From: an uncultured Pseudomonadota bacterium | GTDB taxonomy: Bacteria > Pseudomonadota > Alphaproteobacteria > UBA9219 | Length of the DNA: 64,000 nt | NCBI GenBank assembly: GCA_903919315.1 | Contig: CAIXHP010000014.1 | Span: forward strand, 296-64,295 | Direction: 5' to 3' | Shown: positions 19,128 through 28,478 of the stretch, piece by piece | Layout of the letters: each line of letters begins with the position of its first letter | Numbering within the stretch: the first letter of the stretch is position 1 | The notes under the pieces: generated by a model | The model's input: only the letters and a program-made list of their open reading frames with translations | Told to the model about the DNA's origin: nothing | Databases searched by the model: none | Program-made: the position numbers and the translations under genes

Positions 19128-20811
19128 GCGTTTCGGTCGGGGCTTTTTTGTTGGAAGGCTGGCTGTCCACTTCGAGCCATGGGCGGCCGAGCGCGGGGCG
19201 GCCGAAATAGTAGCCTTGCATCATGTCGGCTTTTTCCTGACGCAGCCATTGCGCCACTTCTTCGGTCTCCACCCCTTCGGCCACGGTGCGGATGTTGAGG
19301 CCGCGCGCGAGGTTGATGAGCATGCGGACGAGGTGTTCCTGTTCTTCGTTGCCCACCAGATTCAGCAACAACTCGCGGTCGATCTTCATGATCGCCAAGG
19401 CGAGCGTGCGCAGATGGCTGATCGAGGTGGAGCCTGCGCCGAAATCGTCCAGCGCCGTCCGTCCGCCCAGCCGTTTCAGGGTTTCAACAAAACGCTGCGT
19501 TTCCTTAACGTCCACGAGCGCGGCGGTTTCGGTTATTTCGATGATCAACCGTCGCGCCAACGCGGGCCGTTGCGACAACAGTTCCTGCATATAGTCCGGC
19601 CAGCCGGTTCCGGCGGCGGTCAGTCCGGAGACGTTCACCGCCAACTGCAGCGTGGGGTGTTCCTCCATCTCGCGCAGCGCCATGTTGAGGATATAGCGGT
19701 CGAATTCGAGCGCGAGGCCCATCTGCTCGATCAGCGGGACGAACGCGGCCGCCGGAATGAGCTTGCCTTCATCGTCGAACATCCGCGCGAGGGCTTCATA
19801 GAACAACACTTGCCCGGTCTGGGTGTCGATTACCGGCTGGTAGGCGAGGCGCATCGTGCCTTGCTTTAAGGCCTGCTTGACGCGTTTGCCGAGTTCCAAC
19901 TCGGTGCGGTTTTGCTGGGCGCGTTCTTCGGATTCCTGATACTCGACATACTGGTTGCGGCCGTTGGCGCGCGCTTCGTGCAACGCGTGTTCGGCCCGGA
20001 TCATCAGACCGGCGGCCGTCAGCCCCGTGCCGGAGAGCAGCGCGCTGCCGATCGAGACGGTGATGTGGATGGCGGACGAGGGCGTCGTCAGCGGGTGATC
20101 GCGGAAATTTTCAAGGATGCGTTGGGCCAAGGGGGCCGTTTCGTCGGTCATGCCCGGCAGCAGGATGCCGAACATGTCGCCGCCGACACGCCCCAAAAGC
20201 GCCCGCGTCGGCAACAGGGCGGCGAGCCGTTCGACCATGCCGCACAGAACGGTGTCGGCGGATTGCGTGCCGAGGGCTTCGTTGAGGAAGGCCATCTTGT
20301 CGATGCTGACCACCAGATACGCGCCAAGCTGGCGCACGTCCTTCGCGTTTTCCAAAAGACGGTCGATTTGCGCCAGCAGATAGGCGCGGTTGGGCTTTCC
20401 GGTCAGGGGGTCGCGTTCCAACACGCCGTGCGACGAGGCCACGCCGCGCCGTCCTGCCGCGTCGATGACGCGGAGCAGGCCGCGTTGGCGTAGCGCGCCG
20501 TTTTCGCCGAATTCGGTGATGCCTTGTTCATGCACCCAGACGATGCGGTTGCCGGACAGGCGCAGACGGTATTCGCGGTTGAATTTGGCGGCGCTGTTGC
20601 CGAACACGAGGTATTGGTCGTCCGGCTGGATCAATGACGTGAGGGTTTTGGCGTTGTGGGGCGGAAGGTCGCGATCCGGCCCGAACAACAGCCTCCAGTC
20701 GCCAAACCATGCGATATGATCCGCCCGCAGGTCCCAGACATAGCCCACATGGCCCGTGGCGACGACGATGTCGGCCAGAGATGCCGATGAGTCCAAACGG
20801 GTCATGGCCAC
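19111..20811 (-). CDS. PAS / degenerate GGDEF (GGDMF) / EAL signalling protein, probable c-di-GMP phosphodiesterase
   Basis: RVGGDMFGILLPG replaces GGDEF. EAL domain motifs: FYEALARM, DDFGAGSTSISHL, EGVET, QGYYFGRP. Confidence 0.9.
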   Translation of the reverse strand: MAMTRLDSSASLADIVVATGHVGYVWDLRADHIAWFGDWRLLFGPDRDLPPHNAKTLTSLIQPDDQYLVFGNSAAKFNREYRLRLSGNRIVWVHEQGITEFGENGALRQRGLLRVIDAAGRRGVASSHGVLERDPLTGKPNRAYLLAQIDRLLENAKDVRQLGAYLVVSIDKMAFLNEALGTQSADTVLCGMVERLAALLPTRALLGRVGGDMFGILLPGMTDETAPLAQRILENFRDHPLTTPSSAIHITVSIGSALLSGTGLTAAGLMIRAEHALHEARANGRNQYVEYQESEERAQQNRTELELGKRVKQALKQGTMRLAYQPVIDTQTGQVLFYEALARMFDDEGKLIPAAAFVPLIEQMGLALEFDRYILNMALREMEEHPTLQLAVNVSGLTAAGTGWPDYMQELLSQRPALARRLIIEITETAALVDVKETQRFVETLKRLGGRTALDDFGAGSTSISHLRTLALAIMKIDRELLLNLVGNEEQEHLVRMLINLARGLNIRTVAEGVETEEVAQWLRQEKADMMQGYYFGRPALGRPWLEVDSQPSNKKAPTETLKAPR

Positions 20812-20961
20812 AGCCTCGCGGCGAGGGGCGTTGTTGATCGGAAAAAAAGCTTCATCAGGGTGCCAAAAAATCCGGGTTCTGTCGGCCAGAGACTTTGGCC
20901 TTCCGGAATTATGGAGGTTTAGCCTTAATTTTTCCTAAAAGCGCGGCAGCGGGCTTAAAGA

Positions 20962-21201
20962 TTAGGCGGCGTGGCGGTTGATGTGGGCGGCGGCGGTCGT
21001 GCGCACCAGCTTGTACGCCGCGAGGGCATCGCGGGCGCGTTGGCGCAAAATGGCGACATAGGCTCCGCGCGCAAGGCCCAGCTGGGTGCCGATAAAGGCG
21101 TTGTTGCGCCATTGGCGATACTCATGCACCGCGCTCACAGCCACGTTGTGCGCCAGCTCAACTTCTTGAAATTCATTGTATTTCTTAAGGTGTGTGCCCA
21201 T
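20962..21201 (-). CDS. small hypothetical protein (79 aa)
   Basis: GGAG about 8 nt upstream of the ATG. No recognisable motif. Confidence 0.45.
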   Translation of the reverse strand: MGTHLKKYNEFQEVELAHNVAVSAVHEYRQWRNNAFIGTQLGLARGAYVAILRQRARDALAAYKLVRTTAAAHINRHAA

Positions 21202-21344
21202 GTTCCGGCTCCGTAATTTAAAAAAATTATTTGGTCATTATCGGGTTCCAATCTAAGTGTTGCGGGTTAACAAGGCGTTAATTTTTCGTAGGAACTAGCC
21301 TTTTTGATGCAAGAAACACCACAAAAAAAGAGGGCTGATGGCTG

Positions 21345-21373
21345 TTGACCATTTTGGGTAATGGATGTAGGAT
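21345..21373 (+). promoter_or_regulatory. candidate sigma70-type promoter of the HTH operon
   Basis: TTGACC-N17-TAGGAT, 35-45 nt upstream of the first possible start codons. Confidence 0.35.
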
Positions 21374-21407
21374 CGAAACAATTCTGTTCATGTAACAATC
21401 CTTTCAT

Positions 21408-22070
21408 GTGCTGATTCAGATGTTGAACGACAAGCAAATTCGTGCGGCCCGCGCTCTGTTGGAGTGGACACAGGAAACTCTGGCGGAAGCGTCCGGCGTG
21501 GCGCGCGCCACGATCCGGAACATCGAGGGCGGCGCGTCTCTGCCCCGGCTTGAGACCATGCAGGCGTTGGAAGACGCGTTTGACGCTGCGGGTGTCGAAT
21601 TCCTCCCCGGCTCCGGCGTGCGCATACGCGACCGGACGGTGCAGACTTTTGAAGGCGAGACGGCCAACCAAAAACTGCTCGACGACATCTATTTGACGCT
21701 GCGGGATACCGGGGGCGAGGTGTTGATTGCGGGGCTTGATGAGACGCAGGCCACGAAGGATCTTGGCGATACCTTTCTTGCCTCGCATCTGGAACGACTG
21801 TCGAAGGCCAAGGTGCGCGAGAGGCTCTTGATCAAATCCGGCGACATGAATTTTGTCGGATCGCGCCACGCCTATCGTTGGGTGCCGGAAAAGTACTTCA
21901 GCCCTTATCCTTTGTATGTTTATGGCCCCAAGCTGGCGCTCGTGTCATGGGCGCCCATGGCGCGGTGCGTCATTATCAACGATGAAACTTTTGCCGAGAG
22001 CACACGGCGGTTGTTCAATTTCGTTTGGGACAGGTCTGAGATTCCACCGTTGCCGGAATCGGAGTCGTGA
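21408..22070 (+). CDS. XRE-family helix-turn-helix protein with an uncharacterised C-terminal domain
   Basis: KQIRAARALLEWTQETLAEASGVARATIRNIEGG is an HTH_3-like motif. Start uncertain (GTG 21408 or ATG 21420). Confidence 0.75.
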   Translation: MLIQMLNDKQIRAARALLEWTQETLAEASGVARATIRNIEGGASLPRLETMQALEDAFDAAGVEFLPGSGVRIRDRTVQTFEGETANQKLLDDIYLTLRDTGGEVLIAGLDETQATKDLGDTFLASHLERLSKAKVRERLLIKSGDMNFVGSRHAYRWVPEKYFSPYPLYVYGPKLALVSWAPMARCVIINDETFAESTRRLFNFVWDRSEIPPLPESES

Positions 22071-22071
22071 C

Positions 22072-23139
22072 GTGCTGAACTTCAACCGGATCGATCATAC
22101 GCCGATGCCGCCCTTCCGGGGCCAATCGGCAGAGTGTTATTGGGAGGATGCCTTTGAGTCCTGCCCGGATGTCGTGCGGATCACCGCCGATAATTTTTCC
22201 CTGTTGCGCGATTTGCTGGCCGGAGACGACGACGAAGATTCCTTTCTGACCTCGCCGGTGTATTACGCTTTTACCGGGCGGTTGGGGTTGTGGCTTTACC
22301 GGCGCAGGGGCGCTTTCCTGCCGGTATGTTGGCATCCCAATCTGCCGGGGGTGGTTTTGGTGTTTCCGCTGCGCGGCCGCCCGAACGCGACCATTCTGAA
22401 CGACTTGTTGCATGATATGCCGGAGCCGCCGCAGGGCGTGCGTTACTCCCGTATGCGCCCTGACGCTGACGCTGCCGCGTTGTTGAACCGAGTCGAAAAC
22501 ACGGCGCGGCGCGAGCTGACGCTAGAGCCAATGATTGAGCCCATTTTGGATTGGAGATTCCCCATTCAGATTCTGCAGACGGGGCGCGTTGCGGCGCTCT
22601 CTGGCGGAAAATACATGCATGTGCGCAATCGGATGCGGCAGCTCAAAGGTTGCGACGTAAAAATTAAGCCGTTCAGCGCGGCCGGGCATCGCCGCGCTCA
22701 GGCCGGTTTGCTGCATCGCTGGGCCAATCATAACGCGGCGAACCGCGACGAGTATGAATCTCTCAGCGCGCCCTATGAAAGCTTGTTCGCGTGGAGCTTG
22801 GAGAAAGATTCGGGGCTTTCCGGCCTGATGATCTTTGTGGACGATGCGTTGCAGGCGATCGGGTTGTGGGATGTCTCGAACGCGGAGCGGAAGACGGCTA
22901 ATCTGTTTGCCAATTTTTGCAATGTTGGGATCAACGGCTTGTCTGAAATGCTGATCGTGAAGTCCTGCGAGGCTTTGAGTGCGCAGGGCGTTGGGTATCT
23001 TAACCTCGGCGGGTCGGAGACGGCGAATTTGGATCGGTTTAAGGCCAAGTTCGATCCTGCGTTGAGCCTTGAGCGTTGTTCGTTGGATATTGCCATCCAT
23101 GACGAGGCGGCGAAACCGCTGGGCGTTGTTTCGGCGTGA
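22072..23139 (+). CDS. DUF2156-like protein (resembles the MprF C-terminal / aminoacyl-lipid-synthase-type GNAT-like domain)
   Basis: The GTG start lies 1 nt after the upstream stop, with GGAG upstream. GKYMHVRNRMRQLKG...NLFANFC...GYLNLGGSETANLDRFKAKFDP resembles the DUF2156 pattern. Recognised by eye only. Confidence 0.5.
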   Translation: MLNFNRIDHTPMPPFRGQSAECYWEDAFESCPDVVRITADNFSLLRDLLAGDDDEDSFLTSPVYYAFTGRLGLWLYRRRGAFLPVCWHPNLPGVVLVFPLRGRPNATILNDLLHDMPEPPQGVRYSRMRPDADAAALLNRVENTARRELTLEPMIEPILDWRFPIQILQTGRVAALSGGKYMHVRNRMRQLKGCDVKIKPFSAAGHRRAQAGLLHRWANHNAANRDEYESLSAPYESLFAWSLEKDSGLSGLMIFVDDALQAIGLWDVSNAERKTANLFANFCNVGINGLSEMLIVKSCEALSAQGVGYLNLGGSETANLDRFKAKFDPALSLERCSLDIAIHDEAAKPLGVVSA

Positions 23140-23158
23140 TGGAAAGTCCCGGGGCTTC

Positions 23159-23590
23159 ATGTTCAAGCTGAATGAGAAAATCGCGATTCATGTCGGCAAG
23201 GTTGAGGTCGTCGGAACGTTGATCGGGATTGATGATTATGTGCTGGAGGGGTTTTCCGGCGCAAAGACGCGTTGGCCCAGCTATACGCTCGTGTCCGAGC
23301 AAAAAGGTCTTTTCAGCCGTTACTGGTTCGTGAAGTGGGCGAGGGGGCCGTGGATATTGTGGACGAAGGCCGTGAGCGGCCTTCCCCCCAAGGGCGCGAA
23401 AATCATTTTGGAAAAAAGCGGGATTGCCAGCATCGCCTTCGCCGGAGATTCCGGCGCTTCGACACCGCATGCCGCGCTGACCCAGTATGCCGTGGGGCGC
23501 AGCCGGTATTTTTGTTTGGAGCGTTTCGCGCAATCACGCGCGATGTATTTCGACGGCATCGCGATCGCTCCGCCGAAACGTATGCGTTAA
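23159..23590 (+). CDS. DUF4178-like protein
   Basis: VGTLIGIDDYVLEGFSGAKTRWPSYTLVSEQKGLFSRYWFVKW resembles the W-x-x-Y-x-L core of DUF4178. By eye only. Confidence 0.42.
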   Translation: MFKLNEKIAIHVGKVEVVGTLIGIDDYVLEGFSGAKTRWPSYTLVSEQKGLFSRYWFVKWARGPWILWTKAVSGLPPKGAKIILEKSGIASIAFAGDSGASTPHAALTQYAVGRSRYFCLERFAQSRAMYFDGIAIAPPKRMR

Positions 23591-24618
23591 GGCTTCGTTT
23601 TTGCCCGCAGGGCCAGATCGTGCAGGGTGCGGCGGAGGGAGTCGCGGGCGGCGAGGGCTTGGGGGTTGTTGGCTTCGTCGCTTTCAAAGGTGAAGACGGT
23701 GTAGAGGCCGTTGGCGGTCAGGTAGAACAACGCCGCGACGGCTACGGTTGGGGTGGAGTCCTTCTTGCGTTGTGCGCAGACGGCTTCGGCGGTGCGCAGT
23801 TTGAGGTCGGGGGCATCTTCCTCGCGGCCCAGTTCGGCGGTGAAGCTCCCCGCGCATTTCTTTCTTAGTCCTTGCAGGTGAAGGCCGATCAGGTCGGTTA
23901 GGCTTTTGTCTTTGGGCGCTTCGCGCTCGCGCACACCGCCCAGCAGAGCGCCGGTTTGCCAGACATAGTCGGCGGGGCGTTCGGCGGGCGGGATGGGGCT
24001 GAGATCCAGCGGCGTGACGTCGGTCATTCCGGCTGTCGCCAGCAGCGCTTGCAGGGCTTTGGGCAGGGCGCTTTCCGCCTTGGCGGCGGTGTCTTTCACG
24101 TTGTTCGCAAGGCAGGCGCGGAGGGCGGTGAAGGCGGAGGCCATGGCGGGCGCGGCGAAGGTCACGGTGGTGCCGTTCGCGCCGACCTCGACCGCGCGGC
24201 TGTTTCCCAACTCTTGACCGAAGGCCTGATCGTTGCCGAGCCGGAGCTGCAGCGCGTTGCCGTTCAGCGCCGTCGCGCGGACTTTATGCGGCGTGGTTGT
24301 TGGGGGCAGCGTCAAGGTCAGGTCGTAATGGCTGCCCAGCATAAATCCGCCGCGCGGGATGGTGAGGTTGAGGTCGATGTCGTCCTTGGGCGACAGGGCC
24401 ACGCGCAATTGACGGCCGTCTTCATAGGCGAGGTCGGTTTGGCAGCGGCCAAAAGAGCCGTCCGTCTCGAACACGGGCTGCGCCGTCGGCGCAGCTTGGG
24501 CGGCGAAGGCGGACAGAACGCCGAAAAGGGGCAAAAGGTAAAGGCGCATCAGGGGCATCGGGCGACGGGTTTTCGGGCTGGTGGATGCCATTTCGTCCGG
24601 TTTGCGGCGGCGGCGCAA
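23587..24618 (-). CDS. secreted hypothetical protein
   Basis: Signal peptide [24 protein letters not shown]. The true start is probably internal to the listed ORF. Confidence 0.55.
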   Translation of the reverse strand: MRRRRKPDEMASTSPKTRRPMPLMRLYLLPLFGVLSAFAAQAAPTAQPVFETDGSFGRCQTDLAYEDGRQLRVALSPKDDIDLNLTIPRGGFMLGSHYDLTLTLPPTTTPHKVRATALNGNALQLRLGNDQAFGQELGNSRAVEVGANGTTVTFAAPAMASAFTALRACLANNVKDTAAKAESALPKALQALLATAGMTDVTPLDLSPIPPAERPADYVWQTGALLGGVREREAPKDKSLTDLIGLHLQGLRKKCAGSFTAELGREEDAPDLKLRTAEAVCAQRKKDSTPTVAVAALFYLTANGLYTVFTFESDEANNPQALAARDSLRRTLHDLALRAKTKP

Positions 24619-24689
24619 GCGAAAACTTCCGGCGAGGCGCGCATAAAACCCTCTGTTTTTTCCGTTTTAAACCCGCTAAACCAACCCCC

Positions 24690-25793
24690 ATGGCTAAATC
24701 ATTCACCACCAGCGCCATTGCCGAGGCGCTTGACGCGCAGTTGATCGGCGACGGCACGATCCTCATCGAACGCGTCGCGCATCCGGCGGATGTGATGGGC
24801 GAGCATGTTCTTGCGCTGGCGACGGACAAAAATTTGTTGCCCTTGCTCACGGCCAACGGCGCGCGCGTTGCGGTCATCGGGCATGAGGCGGAGCCGGATC
24901 CGGGTTCGCTGGACGCTTGCATCGTCGTGCGGCGGCCGCGCCTCGCGCTGGCGAAGTTGACGGCGCTGTTCGCCGAGACGGTCGCGGTTCAGCCGGGCGT
25001 GCATCCGTCCGCCGTGATCGAGCCGGGGGCGCAGTTGGGCGAAAACGTCGCCATCGGGCCGCAGGTTTATGTCGGCGCGGGCGCGGTGATCGGCGCGAAC
25101 TCGACGCTGCATCCGCAAGTGTATGTTGGGCCGGAGGCCGTGATCGGCGAGGGAGCGTTGATCCATTCCGGCGCGCGGATCGGGGCGCGGGTGCGGATCG
25201 GCGCGCGCAGCATTATCCATTTCAACGCCAGCATCGGGGCGGACGGTTTCAGTTTTGTCACGCCGCAGTTGGGCAGCGTCGAGGCGGCCAAGGCCACCGG
25301 CGCGGTGGGGGCGACCAATTCGGAACTGGTGCGGATCGCTTCGCTGGGGACGGTTGTTCTGGGCGACGACGTGGAAATCGGGGCCAACACCTCGATTGAT
25401 CGCGGCACCATCGCCGCGACCAGCATCGGCGACGGCACCAAGATCGACAATCAGGTGCAGGTTGGCCACAACGTCGTGATCGGCACGAACTGCCTGATCT
25501 GTGGCCGCGTCGGCATCGCGGGCAGCGCCACCATCGGCAACCGCGTCGTGCTGGGCGGGGCGACGGGCGTGGCGGATCATGTCAAGATCGGCGACGACGC
25601 TATCGCCATGGGCATGAGCGGCATTGCCGGTAACATTGCGCCCAAAAGTCTGGTCGCGGGCGTTCCCGCCAAGCCGAGGAGCTTGGTCATCGAACAGCAT
25701 TTCAATATCAACCGCATAAAGAACTTGATAAAGAAGGTCGAAACGTTAACGGCGCGGCTGGATGCCCTTGAGCGTTCGGCCAAAAACGACTAG
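24690..25793 (+). CDS. lpxD: UDP-3-O-acylglucosamine N-acyltransferase (LpxD family)
   Basis: LpxD-type N-terminal domain ([13 protein letters not shown]...VAHPADV), a long left-handed beta-helix of hexapeptide repeats, and a C-terminal helix. Confidence 0.82.
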   Translation: MAKSFTTSAIAEALDAQLIGDGTILIERVAHPADVMGEHVLALATDKNLLPLLTANGARVAVIGHEAEPDPGSLDACIVVRRPRLALAKLTALFAETVAVQPGVHPSAVIEPGAQLGENVAIGPQVYVGAGAVIGANSTLHPQVYVGPEAVIGEGALIHSGARIGARVRIGARSIIHFNASIGADGFSFVTPQLGSVEAAKATGAVGATNSELVRIASLGTVVLGDDVEIGANTSIDRGTIAATSIGDGTKIDNQVQVGHNVVIGTNCLICGRVGIAGSATIGNRVVLGGATGVADHVKIGDDAIAMGMSGIAGNIAPKSLVAGVPAKPRSLVIEQHFNINRIKNLIKKVETLTARLDALERSAKND

Positions 25794-25833
25794 CTATAAG
25801 TGACCGAATAAATTCATCCGAAAAGGCCAAGAC

Positions 25834-26085
25834 ATGTCCCAGCTTGATGAAATTCTCGATATCGTGGCGCAGAAAGCCATGGTGGATCGCGACAAGTTGT
25901 CGCCGGACGCAAAGCTGAGCGACCTCAACATCAGTTCGCTCGATATGGTGGAGGTGATCTTCGCGCTTGAAGATAAGCTCGGCATCGAAATGCCGTTCAA
26001 CGCCAACACCAGCGCGCAGGAATTCCAAACCCTCGGCGACGTGATCGCGACCGTGCAAAAACAGCTGGCCGCCAAGAATGGCTAA
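25834..26085 (+). CDS. acyl carrier protein
   Basis: 83 aa, with LSDLNISSLDMVEVIFALEDKLGI carrying the phosphopantetheine Ser in the DSL-like motif. Confidence 0.85.
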   Translation: MSQLDEILDIVAQKAMVDRDKLSPDAKLSDLNISSLDMVEVIFALEDKLGIEMPFNANTSAQEFQTLGDVIATVQKQLAAKNG

Positions 26086-26101
26086 CGGCGGGCTGGCGGG
26101 G

Positions 26102-26573
26102 GCAACCCCCCACCCAGCCTCCCCCTCAAGGGGGGAGGAGTTAGAGCGGTGCGTGCCGCATGCGGCGGCGCACAAAGTTTCGTCCGAAGATTATGCCCGG
26201 GCCAAGCGGCTGCGGCGGGAGATGTCGCTTCCGGAAAAGTTGTTGTGGCACAAGTTGCGTTCTTTGCCGAAGGATGTGGGGTTGGCTTTTCGTCGTCAAC
26301 AACCGATCCATCCCTATGTCGTCGATTTCGCGTGTTTGCGGCTTAGGATGGTGATCGAGGTCGATGGGTGGTCGCATGACCAGAGGCTGGAGCGGGATCG
26401 CCAGCGCGATCTTTATCTGGCTCGTCTCGGTTATGTGACTTTACGTTTTACCAATGACGACGTTACGGGCAATCTTGACGGTGTCGTGGAAACGATCGTC
26501 AGGGAAGCCCTTGCTCGCCGCTAGGGCAAGCCGAACTCCTCCCCCCTTGAGGGGGAGGTTGGGTGGGGGCTGC
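26102..26573. mobile_element. DUF559 endonuclease cassette bounded by about 40-bp family B inverted repeats
   Basis: 26102-26142 GCAACCCCCCACCCAGCCTCCCCCTCAAGGGGGGAGGAGTT matches the reverse complement of 26534-26573 (about 38/41 by hand alignment). It is inserted 16 nt after the ACP stop codon. Confidence 0.5.
26153..26524 (+). CDS. DUF559 (Vsr/restriction-endonuclease-like fold) domain protein
   Basis: ARAKRLRREMSLPEKLLWHKLR...YVVDFACLRLRMVIEVDGWSHD...RDLYLARLGYVTLRFTNDDV matches the DUF559 pattern. Start uncertain: GTG 26153 is chosen, and the ORF is open from inside the left repeat. Confidence 0.8.
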   Translation: MPHAAAHKVSSEDYARAKRLRREMSLPEKLLWHKLRSLPKDVGLAFRRQQPIHPYVVDFACLRLRMVIEVDGWSHDQRLERDRQRDLYLARLGYVTLRFTNDDVTGNLDGVVETIVREALARR

Positions 26574-26599
26574 TTTTTGCAGAGGATTGGGGATTTAAG

Positions 26600-27826
26600 A
26601 TGAACAGCTCCCGTCGCATTGTGGTTACCGGTATGGGCGTCGTCAGCTCGATTGGGCAGGACGTGGCCATGTTCCGGCAGAATTTGTTCGCGGGGAAAAA
26701 CGGCGTGGAGAGCGCTTCGTTTTTCTATCGCGGCGGCGAGGTGAAGTTTCCGGCGGCTCCCGTCAAAGAGTTCGACGCGGCGCGTTTCATTGACCCCAAG
26801 AAAATCTCGATGCTGGATCGCTTTTCGCAATTCGCGGTCGCGGCGGCGCGGCAGGCGTTTGACGATTCTGGTCTGAGCCTGATGCCTGAGACGGCGGCGC
26901 GGACGGCGGTTATCACCGGCACGGGCGTCGGCGGGCAAAACACGCTGGAGGAGTCCTATATGAAGCTGCTGGACAACACCAGCAGTCCGCGCGTGCATCC
27001 CTTTACCATTCCGCGCCTGATGGCGAATGCGGGGTCGAGCCAGATCAGCATGGACCTGGGCATCACCGGCCCGGGCTTTACGGTTGCCAGCGCGTGCGCT
27101 TCGGCGGTGCATGCGATGGGCGTGACGCTGCATATGCTGCGCTCAGGCTTGATCGACGCGGCGGTGACGGGCGGTTCGGAATCCTGTTTGACGTTCGGCA
27201 CGCTCAAGGGGTGGGAGGCTTTGCGCGTCATGGCTCCCGATGTGCCGCGCCCGTTTTCGGCCAACCGCGCGGGCATGGTGTTGGGTGAAGGCGCGGCGAT
27301 GTTCGTGCTGGAAACGCTGGAGGCAGCGCGGGCGCGGGGCGCGACGATCTACGCCGAATTCGCCGGGTTCGGCATGAGTTCGGATGCCAAGGACATTACC
27401 TCGCCGGATGTCGGCGGCGCGTCGCGGGCGATTGTGAATGCGCTGAAGGATGCGGGGCTTAACCCTGACGATGTTGATTATATCAACGCGCACGGTACCG
27501 GCACGCGCATCAACGATCTGACGGAAACGGCGGCGATCAAGGTGGCCTTGGGCGACCGCGCGAAACGGATTCCGGTGTCTTCCAGCAAATCCATGTTCGG
27601 CCATGCGTTGGGCGCGGCGGGGGCGTTGGAGATGCTGGCGACGATTTTGGCGGTGCGCGAGGGCGTTGCGCCGCCGACGATGAACTACCTCGGCCCCGAT
27701 CCTGAATGCGACCTCGACTATGTGCCGAACGCAGCGCGGCCGCATCCCATCCGCGCGGCGCTGAACAATTCCTTCGCCTTTGGCGGACTGAACGCCGTGC
27801 TGGCGGTTCGGAAGGCGGAGGGTTAG
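26600..27826 (+). CDS. beta-ketoacyl-ACP synthase (KAS I/II family, Cys-His-His)
   Basis: RRIVVTGMGVVSSIG, active-site ASACASAVHAMG, NAHGTGTRINDLTE and KSMFGHALGAAG. Confidence 0.92.
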   Translation: MNSSRRIVVTGMGVVSSIGQDVAMFRQNLFAGKNGVESASFFYRGGEVKFPAAPVKEFDAARFIDPKKISMLDRFSQFAVAAARQAFDDSGLSLMPETAARTAVITGTGVGGQNTLEESYMKLLDNTSSPRVHPFTIPRLMANAGSSQISMDLGITGPGFTVASACASAVHAMGVTLHMLRSGLIDAAVTGGSESCLTFGTLKGWEALRVMAPDVPRPFSANRAGMVLGEGAAMFVLETLEAARARGATIYAEFAGFGMSSDAKDITSPDVGGASRAIVNALKDAGLNPDDVDYINAHGTGTRINDLTETAAIKVALGDRAKRIPVSSSKSMFGHALGAAGALEMLATILAVREGVAPPTMNYLGPDPECDLDYVPNAARPHPIRAALNNSFAFGGLNAVLAVRKAEG

Positions 27827-28329
27827 GTCGGGCCTCTGGTCGTTCGCGAGGGGCTTGTTTTTGACTTGGGTTTTTTCGGCGCGGTCTGTTCCGTCATCGC
27901 TTCCAGCCGTTTACGGGCCATCTTGCGGAGTTGGGCATCTTCGTGCCGGTTATCTGCTGCGGATTGCAGCGTTGGGACGGGGTTGCTCAGGGTTTCGACG
28001 TAGGCCATCCATTTGGTTGTGAAGAATTTCTTGGCGGGGGAACTGAGCGAACAGCCTTCAACGCCTTCGTGCGCGTAGTTGATGCGCTGCGCCGTTTTGT
28101 GTGCGGGGTCTTCGACGAAAGCGATCCACGTTTCCTGAAGCATTTTCACGAGTCCCCGATCGTTCAGCCCGTCGCACAGGGCGTTCTGTGTCGCTCGAAT
28201 TTTTTCCTCCAGCGAAGGGAGGGCGGCGACATGGTCGTTCCAGTTGTCCGTTGCCTGTCGCTTCGCTTCGGCATCTTCGCTGTGGAGGGCGTTCAGGAGG
28301 CTCAATTCTTCTATGGGCCTTTGTTCCAT
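27823..28329 (-). CDS. hypothetical protein (168 aa)
   Basis: ORF with a Lys/Pro-rich C-terminus and no recognisable motif. Confidence 0.45.
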   Translation of the reverse strand: MEQRPIEELSLLNALHSEDAEAKRQATDNWNDHVAALPSLEEKIRATQNALCDGLNDRGLVKMLQETWIAFVEDPAHKTAQRINYAHEGVEGCSLSSPAKKFFTTKWMAYVETLSNPVPTLQSAADNRHEDAQLRKMARKRLEAMTEQTAPKKPKSKTSPSRTTRGPT

Positions 28330-28478
28330 AATCTAAAATCCTATCCGTTTGAAAACGGGGGATGATAGCGCGAATGGGTAAAGAAATGGTAGCGCTTTTC
28401 GTGACGTTCGGAGCCTTGATCGCGCGTTTTCTGAGGTTTTTTCTTGCTCTCGGTCGAAGAGCCTGTCCAAATAGAGCC

